64,000 nt of DNA from an uncultured virus (IMG/VR IMGVR_UViG_3300042484_003076) (taxonomy: Duplodnaviria > Heunggongvirae > Uroviricota > Caudoviricetes). Of this stretch, positions 28,218 to 38,487 are shown piece after piece; position 1 is the stretch's first letter; each line of letters opens with the position of its first letter. The notes under the pieces were generated by a model. It saw only the letters and a program-made list of their open reading frames with translations, was not told the DNA's origin and did no database searches. The stretch lies in the IMG/VR virus record IMGVR_UViG_3300042484_003076. One strand, written 5' to 3'. Position numbers and translations under genes: made by a program.

Positions 28218-29879
28218 GGCTTATTTATATACGGTGAATTTATATAATCTGTAATGTCTTCAACAATTATTTTTAGCATTCCTGTTTGCACTGCTTGAGG
28301 ATCGAAGCTATTCTCAATACTGTGTAACCTACGATCTAAACCATATATCCTATCGTCAAATTTCCAGCATAGAGAAATGAGGGTAGCATTAGAGATTCTG
28401 TCGTTTACAGATATTTTTACAGGGAAAGAAAATTTTTGAGCATCAATTAATTCTTCTAGTTCGGTCTTGACATCTTTTCTCATAATGCAATTAATTCTCC
28501 TATTTACATCCAAAATTAACAATCGCTGACTCAATCAAATAATCAATTCCTAGCTGATGTAGTGGATCGCTTGGATCGCACCAAAAGCGCCAAGTAATCC
28601 AAGCTTTACCAGAACACCGAACATCAAACCAAACACGCGCTAAGTTTTTGCCATGCCTAGCAATAAATCCGTCATTACTCTTAGTAAATTTACGGCACTT
28701 GTAACCCGATTCAATCAGCTTATTTCTGATTGCTTGTAGCATGGGCTGCGCTTCTTCTTTCTCGATCTCGTATGTTGGGTTCATGGTGAAAAACTTCATG
28801 ATACAAACTCTGGATAAATTGGTTGCAAGTTTGGATAGTACTTAGACATAAAAGCCTGAAGATCGCGCTTATAGCTTTCTGTGTAATTGTTACGCAAATC
28901 AATGTGTAGCTGTCTTGGTTCTCCGCTAAATTCTCGAATAACAATACACTCACTATCTGAATTGATTGGAGCGATACACGGATCGAAGTCAATAGCACTT
29001 GTGGAAGAGATCGAATATCCTTCTAGTAAAAACTTTGCGACTTGCTCAGATTGCATCGTTAAAGCAATTGCACTTTTCTCGCTGTCAGTAAATTGTACTG
29101 AAGAAAAAATCTCGTTACTTTTTAAGTGTTTGTAAAGAGAAATTACCACGCCATAACATTTATTTTTCATAATCTAAAACTCGCAATCATCAAAGGGTAC
29201 ATAGTCATCAAATGGCGCATCATCATATTTTGGGCGGCGCAAATCTTGGATTTTTGCATTTAAACTTGCAACTACCGAGCAAACCCAAAACTCAAAATGT
29301 TGCCAGAAATTAGGCGCAACTTGTACGCAATCATTGGCATCAACATATTCGCCAATCTCATCTAGGAATAAGAGTGTTTTACCATAGCCATAGGAGCTAT
29401 CAGCGCCATAGAGTTCAGCTTCTGCTGTCACTTCAGAGCAGTGGTAGATTTTGCCTTGATATAGGTAATAGTCGTTAGTGTCGTTCATGATTCTATCTAA
29501 AAGTCTCTTTCATATTTTTTGCGAACTTCTCTGAAACTTTAGCCAGATTTTCATTAAACTCAGTGCGGTTTAATTCGATTTTGGGCTTGCAATATCCATT
29601 ATCAAAATGTTCGCAAGCTTGGCATACTTTTTTTGGGATATTAAAAGTATTGGGTTTTGAGCTTTCGGGATATATGCCAGAAAAATCTTTGATGCAACAT
29701 ACGGTAGAAGCGCCCTTAATCAATACTTTCAATCCGTCTTTACTGATGATAGGCTCACCAGATCCAAGGGTAAGGACGGGCTTTTTATTGCCATCTTTAA
29801 AAACCCAAATGTTTTGCATCCATCGGATTCTGCCAAAATCAAAAATGTTATTCATCTCTTTGTTTACTCCTACTTTCAA
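28214..29879 (-). CDS. Run of small phage hypothetical ORFs (28214-28534, 28500-28799, 28796-29170, 29174-29488, 29493-29879)
   Basis: Head-to-tail coupled ORFs. Confidence 0.55.
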
Positions 29880-30057
29880 TCTTCTTCAATCTCATATACT
29901 CCCTACCATCATCAGTCTTAAGCCAGCAAGCCTGACATATATCTCGTAGCTTGGAATAGACTCTACGTTTATTACATTCAGGGCATATACGCCGCTCTAT
30001 GTGTGCTGTGCGTTTTAAGTAGCAATCGTGATAGATTGCGGCGCGTGATTTAGGCAT
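29848..30057 (-). CDS. Small Zn-finger protein, family B
   Basis: Paralog of 9669..9887. Confidence 0.7.
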   Translation of the reverse strand: MPKSRAAIYHDCYLKRTAHIERRICPECNKRRVYSKLRDICQACWLKTDDGREYMRLKKIESRSKQRDE

Positions 30058-30144
30058 TCCTATACTCGCTAGAAACATAAGGAGCTTCTACCGATTCAGC
30101 AAATCGCAATGGACGATCGCCAAAAATCTCAATTCTTTTATATT

Positions 30145-30706
30145 TCATACTCTATTCTTTGTGTAATAAATAAGCTCTCTACTGATTTTATAAACACATA
30201 GACTACAGTCACTTTCAGCATAATCCCGCTTTAATGTGTTTACGAATTTCATGACGCTTTCTAAATCGTTTGGATTGACTTGCCAAGGCATAGCAAGGGC
30301 TATGCCGTTCATCACAACAATATATCTATCCATTGTTGTAACGTGATACCGCTTGCTTCCACATTGTTTCTTGCTTGTATTTGTTCAAGAATCTTTTAGC
30401 ACCAATTCCAGATCCTTCATAAAACACTTCGTTGGTTTTTTCGTGGTAAATCTTGACTTGACCTTTTTCGTTTGAAGTGACATCCCAGAATGAGAAACCA
30501 AACCAATCATCAGATAATGCGATTAAGTGCTTAGCAACTTGTGCAGGTGATAGCTGTTTAACGGCTTTGCGGATAACCTTACTGAAGATTAGGGTTAGAA
30601 GATTTTCGTTGATGTAAATTACGTCAATAATTTCGTGATTGATATTTTCTGTAACAAATTCGCTGTATTGCTCGTTGGTTAGTGTGATTGCTCTTGTGAC
30701 TTGCAT
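30145..30706 (-). CDS. Two hypothetical cassette genes (30326-30706, 30145-30333) behind a TTGACA promoter at 30767-30762
   Basis: Promoter, A-rich leader and coupled ORFs. Confidence 0.6.
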
Positions 30707-30859
30707 TGCTCTTGCCCTTTGTTTGTTACCTTGATCTAAATATATAGATCATTGGTTACTTTGTCAACTAGTTTGTGCAACTTTATTTGTTTGGCAAACA
30801 CAGCAAAGCGATCGCCTATGACAGCGATCTGATTTAGAGGGATGAAAAGTAATGTCTAC

Positions 30860-31861
30860 TTAAGCTTGCGTACTCACAGGGGAGCTATGCTGAGATTTTC
30901 GGGTAGCCTTGCTAATACGTCTTCTCAAACCAACGCACCCAAGTAGATGAGTGGCATCAACCTCAAGGTTATAGATATTAGTGTGGAGCTGGTACAATTC
31001 ACGATCGCCTTTAAATCGCAAATAATGCTTCTCACCTAAATTATGGTCAAGCCAAAATTCGGGGGTCTTTATCGCATCGTTGCTAGGGTAGCAAATTTGT
31101 ACACATTCAATAGGTGGTAAGTCATTAATAGCATTAAGGTGCTTACGTACCGTTTGAGGTGTCCGATTAACTAATTTACCTATAGTCTCTTGAGAAACGC
31201 CATAGGGGACAAATTGACGGTTTACCAGTAGAAACCTAGTTCCAAGTACCTTTCTAAAAGCCTTGATGCCTGATGCTTTCTCCACCTTTTCTTTGGGGAG
31301 ATCGCGATCGCTTAGAATTGACACGTTTTTAAAAATCTTGGATGGTTTAACTACCCGTCTGGTAAGTTTCTTTCCTTGGTTTAATTCATTCTCCTCCTTG
31401 GTTTTGCGTAACGCTCCTTGCTGTGCATTGCGTTGCTTTTGAGCGACAGTGGCTCTAATGTTATGCGTCCGAATATTATCAAGCTCAGTAGCTTTCTCTT
31501 CGTGTATAGCGCCTAAATTAGATATGCCAAGCTGTGAGCAAAGCTTAGTTAAAGCAGAATAAACAAGCCTCACACATTTACCTTTAATCTCAAGCATCCA
31601 GAAAACACCTAACTTTAAAGCTAAGCGTAAATTCTTTTTAATTGTGGATTCTTTGCGATTTAAGGTAGCTGCGATCGTCGGGATGTCTAAAACTACAATG
31701 CCCGATCCTTTGCCCTGTGTACCCTTCTTGCCACGCTTTACGAATGACTGCCTATCATAGGAGCGCACAAATAAATACAGCAACTTAACCAAGTGAGGTA
31801 ATTTATCACTTTGGCTAAATGCTGTGTATATTGTCGTGTAGTTATGATAAGATTGTGTCAT
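30860..31861 (-). CDS. Basic protein with two HTH-like motifs (possible replication initiator or regulator)
   Basis: IPTIAATLNRKESTIKKNL and VSQETIGKLVNRTPQTVRKHL. Confidence 0.5.
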   Translation of the reverse strand: MTQSYHNYTTIYTAFSQSDKLPHLVKLLYLFVRSYDRQSFVKRGKKGTQGKGSGIVVLDIPTIAATLNRKESTIKKNLRLALKLGVFWMLEIKGKCVRLVYSALTKLCSQLGISNLGAIHEEKATELDNIRTHNIRATVAQKQRNAQQGALRKTKEENELNQGKKLTRRVVKPSKIFKNVSILSDRDLPKEKVEKASGIKAFRKVLGTRFLLVNRQFVPYGVSQETIGKLVNRTPQTVRKHLNAINDLPPIECVQICYPSNDAIKTPEFWLDHNLGEKHYLRFKGDRELYQLHTNIYNLEVDATHLLGCVGLRRRISKATRKSQHSSPVSTQA

Positions 31862-31957
31862 TCGACTGCTCTGAACAGTTGGATATCCTGCGCTTTTGCA
31901 AGTACGTTATTTAATGTTCTCAGGCATTAAATAACCAGCAGTGAAGCTATATTATCA

Positions 31958-31992
31958 TAAAAAAGCCCGATCATTTGATCGGGCTTTTTTAT
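31958..31992. terminator. Intrinsic terminator
   Basis: AAAAAAGCCCGATCA-tt-TGATCGGGCTTTTTT. Confidence 0.8.
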
Positions 31993-32393
31993 TAAGCAGC
32001 TACCAATTCAGCTTTTATCTGTTGCAATGATTGTTTAAATTCTCCGTAAGCATACGGCTCAAAGTTTTTGATAGCAGCATCAACCAAATCTAAATCACCA
32101 ACTTTAAAAGCTTGCTGCAATTCGTTGTATGCGATCGCCTCATTGAGATCGCCATGATTGAATGGGGTTAAATTAAAACCTGGGTAATCAGCTATTAATT
32201 GCTCCCATCGGTTTAAGCAATCTTCACAGGTGCGAAACTCTAGATTTGAGTTACCCCAAATCCCTTTAGATAACTGATGCACTGTACCTTTGCTAAGTAT
32301 CGCGTTACATTCACAGCATTCATAATCTTTGCGCCCTTTGACCATCCGCATGGTTTTACATCTGCAAGCGCCTGTTAATGGTTGTTTTCTCAT
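31992..32393 (-). CDS. Phage Zn-binding hypothetical protein
   Basis: RKDYECCEC...G...TCEDC. Confidence 0.6.
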   Translation of the reverse strand: MRKQPLTGACRCKTMRMVKGRKDYECCECNAILSKGTVHQLSKGIWGNSNLEFRTCEDCLNRWEQLIADYPGFNLTPFNHGDLNEAIAYNELQQAFKVGDLDLVDAAIKNFEPYAYGEFKQSLQQIKAELVAA

Positions 32394-32494
32394 TGTTTAA
32401 CTCCTTTGCTTGTATGAGATTTTACCACTTTGAAGACCCTAATTTTGTGCGCCGACACCCTACTTTGTAAACAAATATTAAGAGTTTAAATATT

Positions 32495-32558
32495 TTTGGT
32501 TTTGCTATTGACAAAACCTATAGACTCGATCAACAATAGGTTATCGAGTTAAACAAAG
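32495..32558 (+). promoter_or_regulatory. Promoter, near-identical inverted copy of 60331-60393
   Basis: TTTGGTTTTGCTATTGACAAAACCTATAG..TCGATCAA.AATAGGTTAT.GAGTTAAACAAAG; AACCTAT/ATAGGTT inverted repeat. Confidence 0.85.
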
Positions 32559-32560
32559 CC

Positions 32561-33019
32561 ATGAACACCAGCCAAATCGCACAAATCGCAACCGCTTTAA
32601 ACGTCTCTCCCAACCAAATCAAGAGAGCTGAGGAATGGAAGAATGTCCTTTTTGTTGTAGTTCAAGGTAAGGGCGCTCGTTTTGTATCTAAGAAGGTAAT
32701 TAAGGAGATGAACATTGAGATGAACATTAATCAATTCAGCCAAGAGGTTAATCAAGCTTTTGGGAATATTTTTTCTGTGAAAACCGATTTTTATGGAAAC
32801 ACACAAGATTTTATTGCATTAGACTTACAGAATAACGGCGAATATCATCGCTCCATAAAATTTACTTGTGAAGAAGGGTTGTCGCGGTATGGGATGTGGA
32901 AGGTTGAAGAAGGCTGTTTTAATGGCTACGGGAAAACTTTAAACGATGCGATCTCACAAGTTCGTAAAATGACATCCGATTGCACTACAAAAGCTTTTTT
33001 GATGCCAACTTATGCCTAG
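32561..33019 (+). CDS. Hypothetical protein upstream of csf1
   Basis: 152 aa; N-terminal module shared with 25252..25416. Confidence 0.65.
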   Translation: MNTSQIAQIATALNVSPNQIKRAEEWKNVLFVVVQGKGARFVSKKVIKEMNIEMNINQFSQEVNQAFGNIFSVKTDFYGNTQDFIALDLQNNGEYHRSIKFTCEEGLSRYGMWKVEEGCFNGYGKTLNDAISQVRKMTSDCTTKAFLMPTYA

Positions 33020-33078
33020 AGTCGGCAACCACGGACATTGAATAAACTTAATTAGCCATCCATAGGGTGGCTTTTGCC

Positions 33079-33756
33079 ATGAATAATAATAATTACTGCT
33101 ACCTTTGCGCCGCCCCTAACGCTCATAAACCGTTAGTTCTCAAAGATTCATTCACTGCACATAGTAGCGCTAGATGCCCTGAGTCTAAGTATTTATGCGA
33201 TCGCTGTGCATGGGTGATTCCGTTAAGGGCTTTTTATTGGAATGAAGCGAAGGGAAAATACAGCACATTATTTGCTAGGGGCTGGTCATGGCTCCTTTCT
33301 GCTGATGATGCGTATGGTTCTTATCCTAAATTTGGTAATCAACATACTGAGGGGGGGAACACGCTAGAAATAGTTGATCGCCTCCCCACACGCGCTCAAA
33401 TCAGGACTTGGTTGCTTGATCCGCCAAAGCCGCCCTTTACTATTTGCATTGCGGAATCAGGGCAAAAACATATTTTGCCTTGGGCGTTAGAGGCAACTAA
33501 TCGCGATTATTTCCCAGTGCAATTTGAGCTTGATACGTTGCATATATATCGATCTGCTTTTACGCATTTACTCACACGATATGAAGAGCTTATGGCTATG
33601 GGATTCTCAAAAACCGAGATTAATAGTGGCAACTATCGCTCTGATAAATTAGCTAAGAGCATCAGTGAGTACGCAGCATGTGAGGCTGTGATCGCTGCTA
33701 AGCGTGGTAATCGCTTGCTAGATTTGGTTAGCTATGTTGCAAAAGTATCAGAGTAA
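33079..33756 (+). CDS. csf1: Type IV CRISPR-associated Csf1 (Cas8-like large subunit)
   Basis: CxxC..., F.......PES.YLCDRC, LLDPPKPPF.I.I..SGQKH...WA motifs; identical N-terminus survives as a remnant in the csf operon. Confidence 0.8.
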   Translation: MNNNNYCYLCAAPNAHKPLVLKDSFTAHSSARCPESKYLCDRCAWVIPLRAFYWNEAKGKYSTLFARGWSWLLSADDAYGSYPKFGNQHTEGGNTLEIVDRLPTRAQIRTWLLDPPKPPFTICIAESGQKHILPWALEATNRDYFPVQFELDTLHIYRSAFTHLLTRYEELMAMGFSKTEINSGNYRSDKLAKSISEYAACEAVIAAKRGNRLLDLVSYVAKVSE

Positions 33757-33805
33757 AGGCGTTTCACATTTGCTAAACTATTAGCAAAATCATACTTACA
33801 AAATT

Positions 33806-33925
33806 ATGGCAGCCAAGAAAGATCCGCGCCTTGAGAAAGCTGGTGTTGATGGTTACAACAAGCCTAAACGCACTCCTAAGCATCCTACTAAGTCTCATGT
33901 AGTCGTGGCAAAGGAAGGTGATTAA
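33806..33925 (+). pseudogene. Truncated conserved phage gene (GYNKPKRTP.HPTKSHVVVAKEGD family)
   Basis: 39 codons, then TAA, then VKT continues in frame before the HNH leader begins. Confidence 0.55.
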
Positions 33926-33938
33926 GTAAAGACAAGTA

Positions 33939-33985
33939 TTTAGGGGGATAAGATGTTATAATACTTTTAATCTTATCCCCCTAAA
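33939..33985. promoter_or_regulatory. 16-bp-arm inverted repeat enclosing TATAAT, just before the HNH start codon
   Basis: TTTAGGGGGATAAGAT ... ATCTTATCCCCCTAAA. Confidence 0.75.
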
Positions 33986-33988
33986 CTA

Positions 33989-34564
33989 ATGATTAAAAAA
34001 GATACTCCTGTTTATAAATACGGCGATCCTATAGGTAATTTTACTTTTGTAAAATCGCAGTTAGAGGGGAAAAACAAAACTTGGCACTGCAAATGTATTT
34101 GTGGGAATATCCGTGTTTTTTGGAAACACTCGGCTATAGCCCGTCAAAAATCCTGCGGATGTGGGACGGATAAGTGCGGGACTACAAAAAAACAGAGAAG
34201 ATCGTATATAAGTAGGATGCAAGGGTATAAAAGCGGCGCTTCTACAAGGGGTTTTGAATGGAACTTGTCTTATGATGATTTTGTTCAAATATCGTCTCAA
34301 GACTGTTTTTATTGTGGGTCTGAACCAAAAATCTGGGACTGCATGTCTAATGCTCCTTCTTTACAAAAAGACAGCCCTAATGTTAATCCAAAAGATTACC
34401 AAATCCGATTTAATGGTATTGACAGAGTAGACAGTAAACTTGGGTACAATCTTTTGAATTGTGTTTCGTGTTGCCAAAAGTGTAATAGGGCTAAAAGTGA
34501 TTTGTCTTTAAGTGATTTCAAGGATCATGTAAAAAAAATGTATATGCATTTATATGAAAGGTGA
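33989..34564 (+). CDS. HNH-type (Cys-rich) homing endonuclease
   Basis: WHCKCICG, KSCGC, CFYCG, NGIDRVDS..GY...NCVSCC..CN..K. Confidence 0.85.
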   Translation: MIKKDTPVYKYGDPIGNFTFVKSQLEGKNKTWHCKCICGNIRVFWKHSAIARQKSCGCGTDKCGTTKKQRRSYISRMQGYKSGASTRGFEWNLSYDDFVQISSQDCFYCGSEPKIWDCMSNAPSLQKDSPNVNPKDYQIRFNGIDRVDSKLGYNLLNCVSCCQKCNRAKSDLSLSDFKDHVKKMYMHLYER

Positions 34565-34621
34565 TATCGCCATCAAGGGGCGCGATAATGCTAGAATCGC
34601 TGTAAATTCGTATGTTGATTT

Positions 34622-35803
34622 ATGGCGAAAAGTAAAGCCAAGCTCTCAGACTTTCGTACTCAAGAAAAAAATCTCAATAAACACAAACCCCGTGGTATGG
34701 GGATGCTAGACAACGTCATTGCAAAGGATGGATGGCAGGGCGCAATAACTACGGCTGCTAACGGCGAAACCTTTGCAGGAAGCGCACGCTTAGAAGTTGC
34801 ACAAGAACGCTTTGGTGATGAATCGGAGCCTATCGTATTTGATATTGACGGTACACGCCCCGTAATCCTTAGACGGGTTGACATCCCCACGGCTGATGAT
34901 CCTCGCGCTATCAGGTTAGGCATTGCAGATAATCGCATCAGTGAGCTTAATTACGATCCTGACATTGAATTGCTAAGCGCGATCGCTGATGAAGTTGATA
35001 TCAGTGATATGTATTTTGAGGCTGAACTCGCAAAATTAGCAGAGCAAAAGCAGGAAATCATCGACCATCAAGAGCCCGACTTTCTCAAGTTTTCGGATAA
35101 CGATTTCAATGAAGGAAAAGGCGATCACAATTCAAAATCTACCGATGAAGACAATGAGGATTCTGGCTACGATGAAGATCGAGTAGCAGTGCCTGACATG
35201 TATTTTCCGTCAAACAATGATTGGGATATACCTTTACTAGATGTAAATATGCAAGCTAAATATTTGGATTTACCTTTGCATGGATGGGGTACGATATCGC
35301 GCAAAACTAGAAACGCATCGCAAACAATTCATTTTTATGTTGATGATTATCGCTTTAATGCTATTTGGAAAGATCCTGATAAGTTAGTGCAATGCAATCC
35401 GATTAACGTCATAGAGCCAAATTACACCACATCTCATGGTATGGGTAGAGCGATGATTCTATGGCTAACTTTTAAAAAGCGATGGATTGCTAGGTATTGG
35501 CAAACGCAAGGCATACGGATTTTTGTTGATGCGTTTGCTCCTGATTTTGAGGATATTAATTTTATGGGAGTACCTAAAGAATGGGCGGCGTTTGCTACTC
35601 GGTATTTAGGCACTAATCCATCAGGTGAGATAGGGGGATGGGAACAGGTAGAAGAGATTTATGATAAATGCCGAGAATACTCTACTGCCGAAAATTTGGT
35701 GTTTGTTGTGGTTGGAGGTGGCAAAGATATTGAATCTAAGTGTGCTGAGCGCGGATGGTTTCATGTGTTAGAGTTTATGCAAAAGCTAAAAAAAGAGGAT
35801 TAA
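34622..35803 (+). CDS. ParB-like N-terminal domain fused to a DUF4417-like domain
   Basis: AGSARLE and IADNRISEL (ParB-like); IHFYVDDYRF..IW..P, PNYT, RWIARYWQ..GI (DUF4417-like). Confidence 0.75.
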   Translation: MAKSKAKLSDFRTQEKNLNKHKPRGMGMLDNVIAKDGWQGAITTAANGETFAGSARLEVAQERFGDESEPIVFDIDGTRPVILRRVDIPTADDPRAIRLGIADNRISELNYDPDIELLSAIADEVDISDMYFEAELAKLAEQKQEIIDHQEPDFLKFSDNDFNEGKGDHNSKSTDEDNEDSGYDEDRVAVPDMYFPSNNDWDIPLLDVNMQAKYLDLPLHGWGTISRKTRNASQTIHFYVDDYRFNAIWKDPDKLVQCNPINVIEPNYTTSHGMGRAMILWLTFKKRWIARYWQTQGIRIFVDAFAPDFEDINFMGVPKEWAAFATRYLGTNPSGEIGGWEQVEEIYDKCREYSTAENLVFVVVGGGKDIESKCAERGWFHVLEFMQKLKKED

Positions 35804-35807
35804 GATA

Positions 35808-35987
35808 ATGGCTAAAGGTGGTGGTGGTTCCAGAGGTGGTAGTGGATCAAGAGGAGGTGGGGCATCTCGTACTATTAATGCTACTAGGATTAACCCTAAT
35901 GCGCCTATCTCTGATCGGATTGCTGCTAGAACAACTACAGATTTAGGCGCTCCTAGAACATCACGCAGTGCTGGGCTTGAGCGTTAA
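35808..35987 (+). CDS. 59-aa Gly/Arg-rich basic peptide (not in ORF track)
   Basis: MAKGGGGSRGGSGSRGGGASRT..., 4 nt after the DUF4417-like stop. Confidence 0.6.
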   Translation: MAKGGGGSRGGSGSRGGGASRTINATRINPNAPISDRIAARTTTDLGAPRTSRSAGLER

Positions 35988-36010
35988 AAAATATAGAAAG
36001 TTAAAAGCTA

Positions 36011-36208
36011 CTATGTAAAGGCTTTTAACTTTCGTTGCATATACATTCTTTTTTGATGCTCACCACTTTCGCGATCGCATTTTTTGCATGTATCTCTCAT
36101 GCAATCGTATCGCAGCTTTTTTTGGCAATTTGCACAATAGCGATGAGAAATATCCGATTTGCACCGATCCCTGTATTCACGATCGGTGTCTGCTTTTGGT
36201 TTACTCAT
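36011..36208 (-). CDS. Small Zn-finger protein (family B-like)
   Basis: CANC...CKKC, basic, last gene of cassette. Confidence 0.6.
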   Translation of the reverse strand: MSKPKADTDREYRDRCKSDISHRYCANCQKKLRYDCMRDTCKKCDRESGEHQKRMYMQRKLKAFT

Positions 36209-36396
36209 TAGTACCCTCTGACTGCTGCTTGTGCTGCTTTTCTTTGAGCTTTAGCTAACTCAAGGTTTTCTACTACATGAGCGCGGCATTCATCGTCATA
36301 GCAGTCAACTTCGGTAACAAAAGCTTCTTTGTATTCGTTTTTCCAGAAGTTCAGATTTTCGTTTGCGTTTTGTAGTGCTGTGATTAAGTCGTTCAT
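36208..36396 (-). CDS. Small acidic hypothetical protein behind TTGACA promoter (36462-36457)
   Basis: GGAG RBS; TTGACA-17-TAATAT. Confidence 0.6.
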   Translation of the reverse strand: MNDLITALQNANENLNFWKNEYKEAFVTEVDCYDDECRAHVVENLELAKAQRKAAQAAVRGY

Positions 36397-36584
36397 CGCT
36401 TTGCTCCGTTTGTTTGTTTTCTTAACTTTCTATATATTAAACCACTTATCGTTATTTGTCAACCCCTTATCGTAATTATTTTTTATTGAGATTTATGACA
36501 AACATCCGTTAAATGGGTAGAATGAAATCGGTTATAAGGGTATCCCTATATTACTAATAGGAATAAAGTAGACTACTTGACATT

Positions 36585-37205
36585 ATGGCAGCACCAACAA
36601 AACATGATTGGGCAAAAATTAGCAAGGAATACATAGAAGCGCCTAGTGATGATTTGCGCCCGTCTTTGGTTGCCTTAGCAGCAAAATACGGCGTAAGCAT
36701 TAAATACATTGAGCAGAAATGCTCTAAAGAGAAATGGGTAGAGCAATCCAAGATCTTTCTTCGGCGCGTCTCTCAAGAGTCAAAGCAAGAGAAAGTGTCA
36801 AGCCTTGCAGGGGAGCAGACCAAGTTTGATACTGATATCTTGACGGTTGCGAGGGCATTGCAAGGGCAGATAATCGGACATTTGAATGAAGCTAAGATAA
36901 AAAAAGAGCTTCTACCCCCAAAGGATATAAGCTTGCTATCTGGCTCTCTATCGACAATCCAACGCATCGGACGTACAGCATTAGATCTTGATACATGGAC
37001 ACCTGACAAAATCGTAAATGAGGCATTAAAACTTGGCTACCTACTCACCGATCCTCGAACTCTTACCAGCGACACAGGCTCGGATGGAAAGAGCTTGGGA
37101 AAAGGTAGAAACACAGATAGCACAGAAGCAAACCCGTTCTCAGACATACTCGCAACAGCAGAAGAAGCTTCAACTACACCCCCTCCAGCAAACGATAGCC
37201 AATAG
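36585..37205 (+). CDS. Terminase small subunit
   Basis: N-terminal HTH (DWAKISKEY..., LAAKYGVS) directly upstream of TerL. Confidence 0.75.
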   Translation: MAAPTKHDWAKISKEYIEAPSDDLRPSLVALAAKYGVSIKYIEQKCSKEKWVEQSKIFLRRVSQESKQEKVSSLAGEQTKFDTDILTVARALQGQIIGHLNEAKIKKELLPPKDISLLSGSLSTIQRIGRTALDLDTWTPDKIVNEALKLGYLLTDPRTLTSDTGSDGKSLGKGRNTDSTEANPFSDILATAEEASTTPPPANDSQ

Positions 37206-38487
37206 TCAAGCCAAATATACGATCGCAGTATCAGGGCGGCGCTTTGGTAAGACCATCTTGCAGATATACAAAGCCCTTGAGCGCGTTGCGGTTGGTGCGC
37301 CATATAACCCAGTAGCGCCACCTGTAGTAGTGTTAGCTGCTCCTACCTTGGTTATGGCTCGTAGGCTGCTATGGAAGCAATTGCTAAACACCTTACGCAA
37401 CCATAAAGCGGTCGAGAATGTTAGTAAATCAGAATTTACAATTACCTTCAAGAATCCCGATCCGTATAAGTTTTATATGCCCGATCTGATGATTATGGGG
37501 CTAAACGATGGCGATGGCGATCGCGCCCGTGGTTTGCGCCTATGGCATTTTGGGGGTGATGAGTGGCAAGACTGGAAAGCAAGTATTTTTCCAGAGATTA
37601 TTCAACCTGCGCTATCTGATACGCAAGGCAGTACAGCGCTATTCACTTATACTCCCAAGGGCAAGGTTAATCATACCTATGAGGCTTATCAAAACGCACT
37701 TGTTGCCGATCCTAGGGTATGGCAAGCATTCAAATATAAGAGCGTTGAGAATCCGCACCTTAAGCCAGAAGATATTGAGCTACTTAGGAATAGCTTAACC
37801 CCCCGCTTATTTCGTCAAGAGATGGAAGCGTCATTTGAGACGTTTGAGGGTCAATTCTTTGAAACGTTAAGCGATCGTCATATCATCAGTAATAGCGAGT
37901 TACCTAAAGATTTCATTTATCGCATATTGTCGGTAGACTGGGGCGCGGTAAATCCTAGAGCCTTGGTAGTTTGCGCCTTTATCAAAGATGGCTTTTATCA
38001 CTGGTTTGTGGTCGATGAATGGCGTGTACCAAAGGCGATGCAGGGGCAAGCAATATTAGAAGATGATTTTATTTATGAGTGCCATAAATTAGCTATGAAG
38101 TGGCAAGTTAATCGCGCTTTTGGCGATCCATCTCGACCTGATGCGATCAAATCATTACGAGTATGGAAACCAAAAGAGGGGCAAGTATTCAAAGAACCAT
38201 TTAAGAATTACTGCTCAGAAGTTAGGGGCGCGGTAAACGACTTTATTAAAGGCATTGACTTAATGAGTAGCGACTTCTACCACGAACGGATCAAGATTGT
38301 GGATACATTGCCTCAGTTTTTTGAAGAGTGCCAATCCTATCACCGCAAAAAAGATAAATATGGCAACATCACAGAAGAAGAAGCTGACAACCAAGTAACA
38401 CACGGTATCGACTGTTTGCGGTATGCGATCGCGTCAATGCCTCCTGTTAATCGTCTATCAAGCTTTGGTAGTAGTAGGGCCATGTAA
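37033..38487 (+). CDS. Terminase large subunit (start uncertain)
   Basis: SGRRFGKT Walker A, GDE Walker B, TPKG, FRQEMEASF, VDWG, HGIDCLRYA. Confidence 0.95.
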   Translation: MATYSPILELLPATQARMERAWEKVETQIAQKQTRSQTYSQQQKKLQLHPLQQTIANSQAKYTIAVSGRRFGKTILQIYKALERVAVGAPYNPVAPPVVVLAAPTLVMARRLLWKQLLNTLRNHKAVENVSKSEFTITFKNPDPYKFYMPDLMIMGLNDGDGDRARGLRLWHFGGDEWQDWKASIFPEIIQPALSDTQGSTALFTYTPKGKVNHTYEAYQNALVADPRVWQAFKYKSVENPHLKPEDIELLRNSLTPRLFRQEMEASFETFEGQFFETLSDRHIISNSELPKDFIYRILSVDWGAVNPRALVVCAFIKDGFYHWFVVDEWRVPKAMQGQAILEDDFIYECHKLAMKWQVNRAFGDPSRPDAIKSLRVWKPKEGQVFKEPFKNYCSEVRGAVNDFIKGIDLMSSDFYHERIKIVDTLPQFFEECQSYHRKKDKYGNITEEEADNQVTHGIDCLRYAIASMPPVNRLSSFGSSRAM

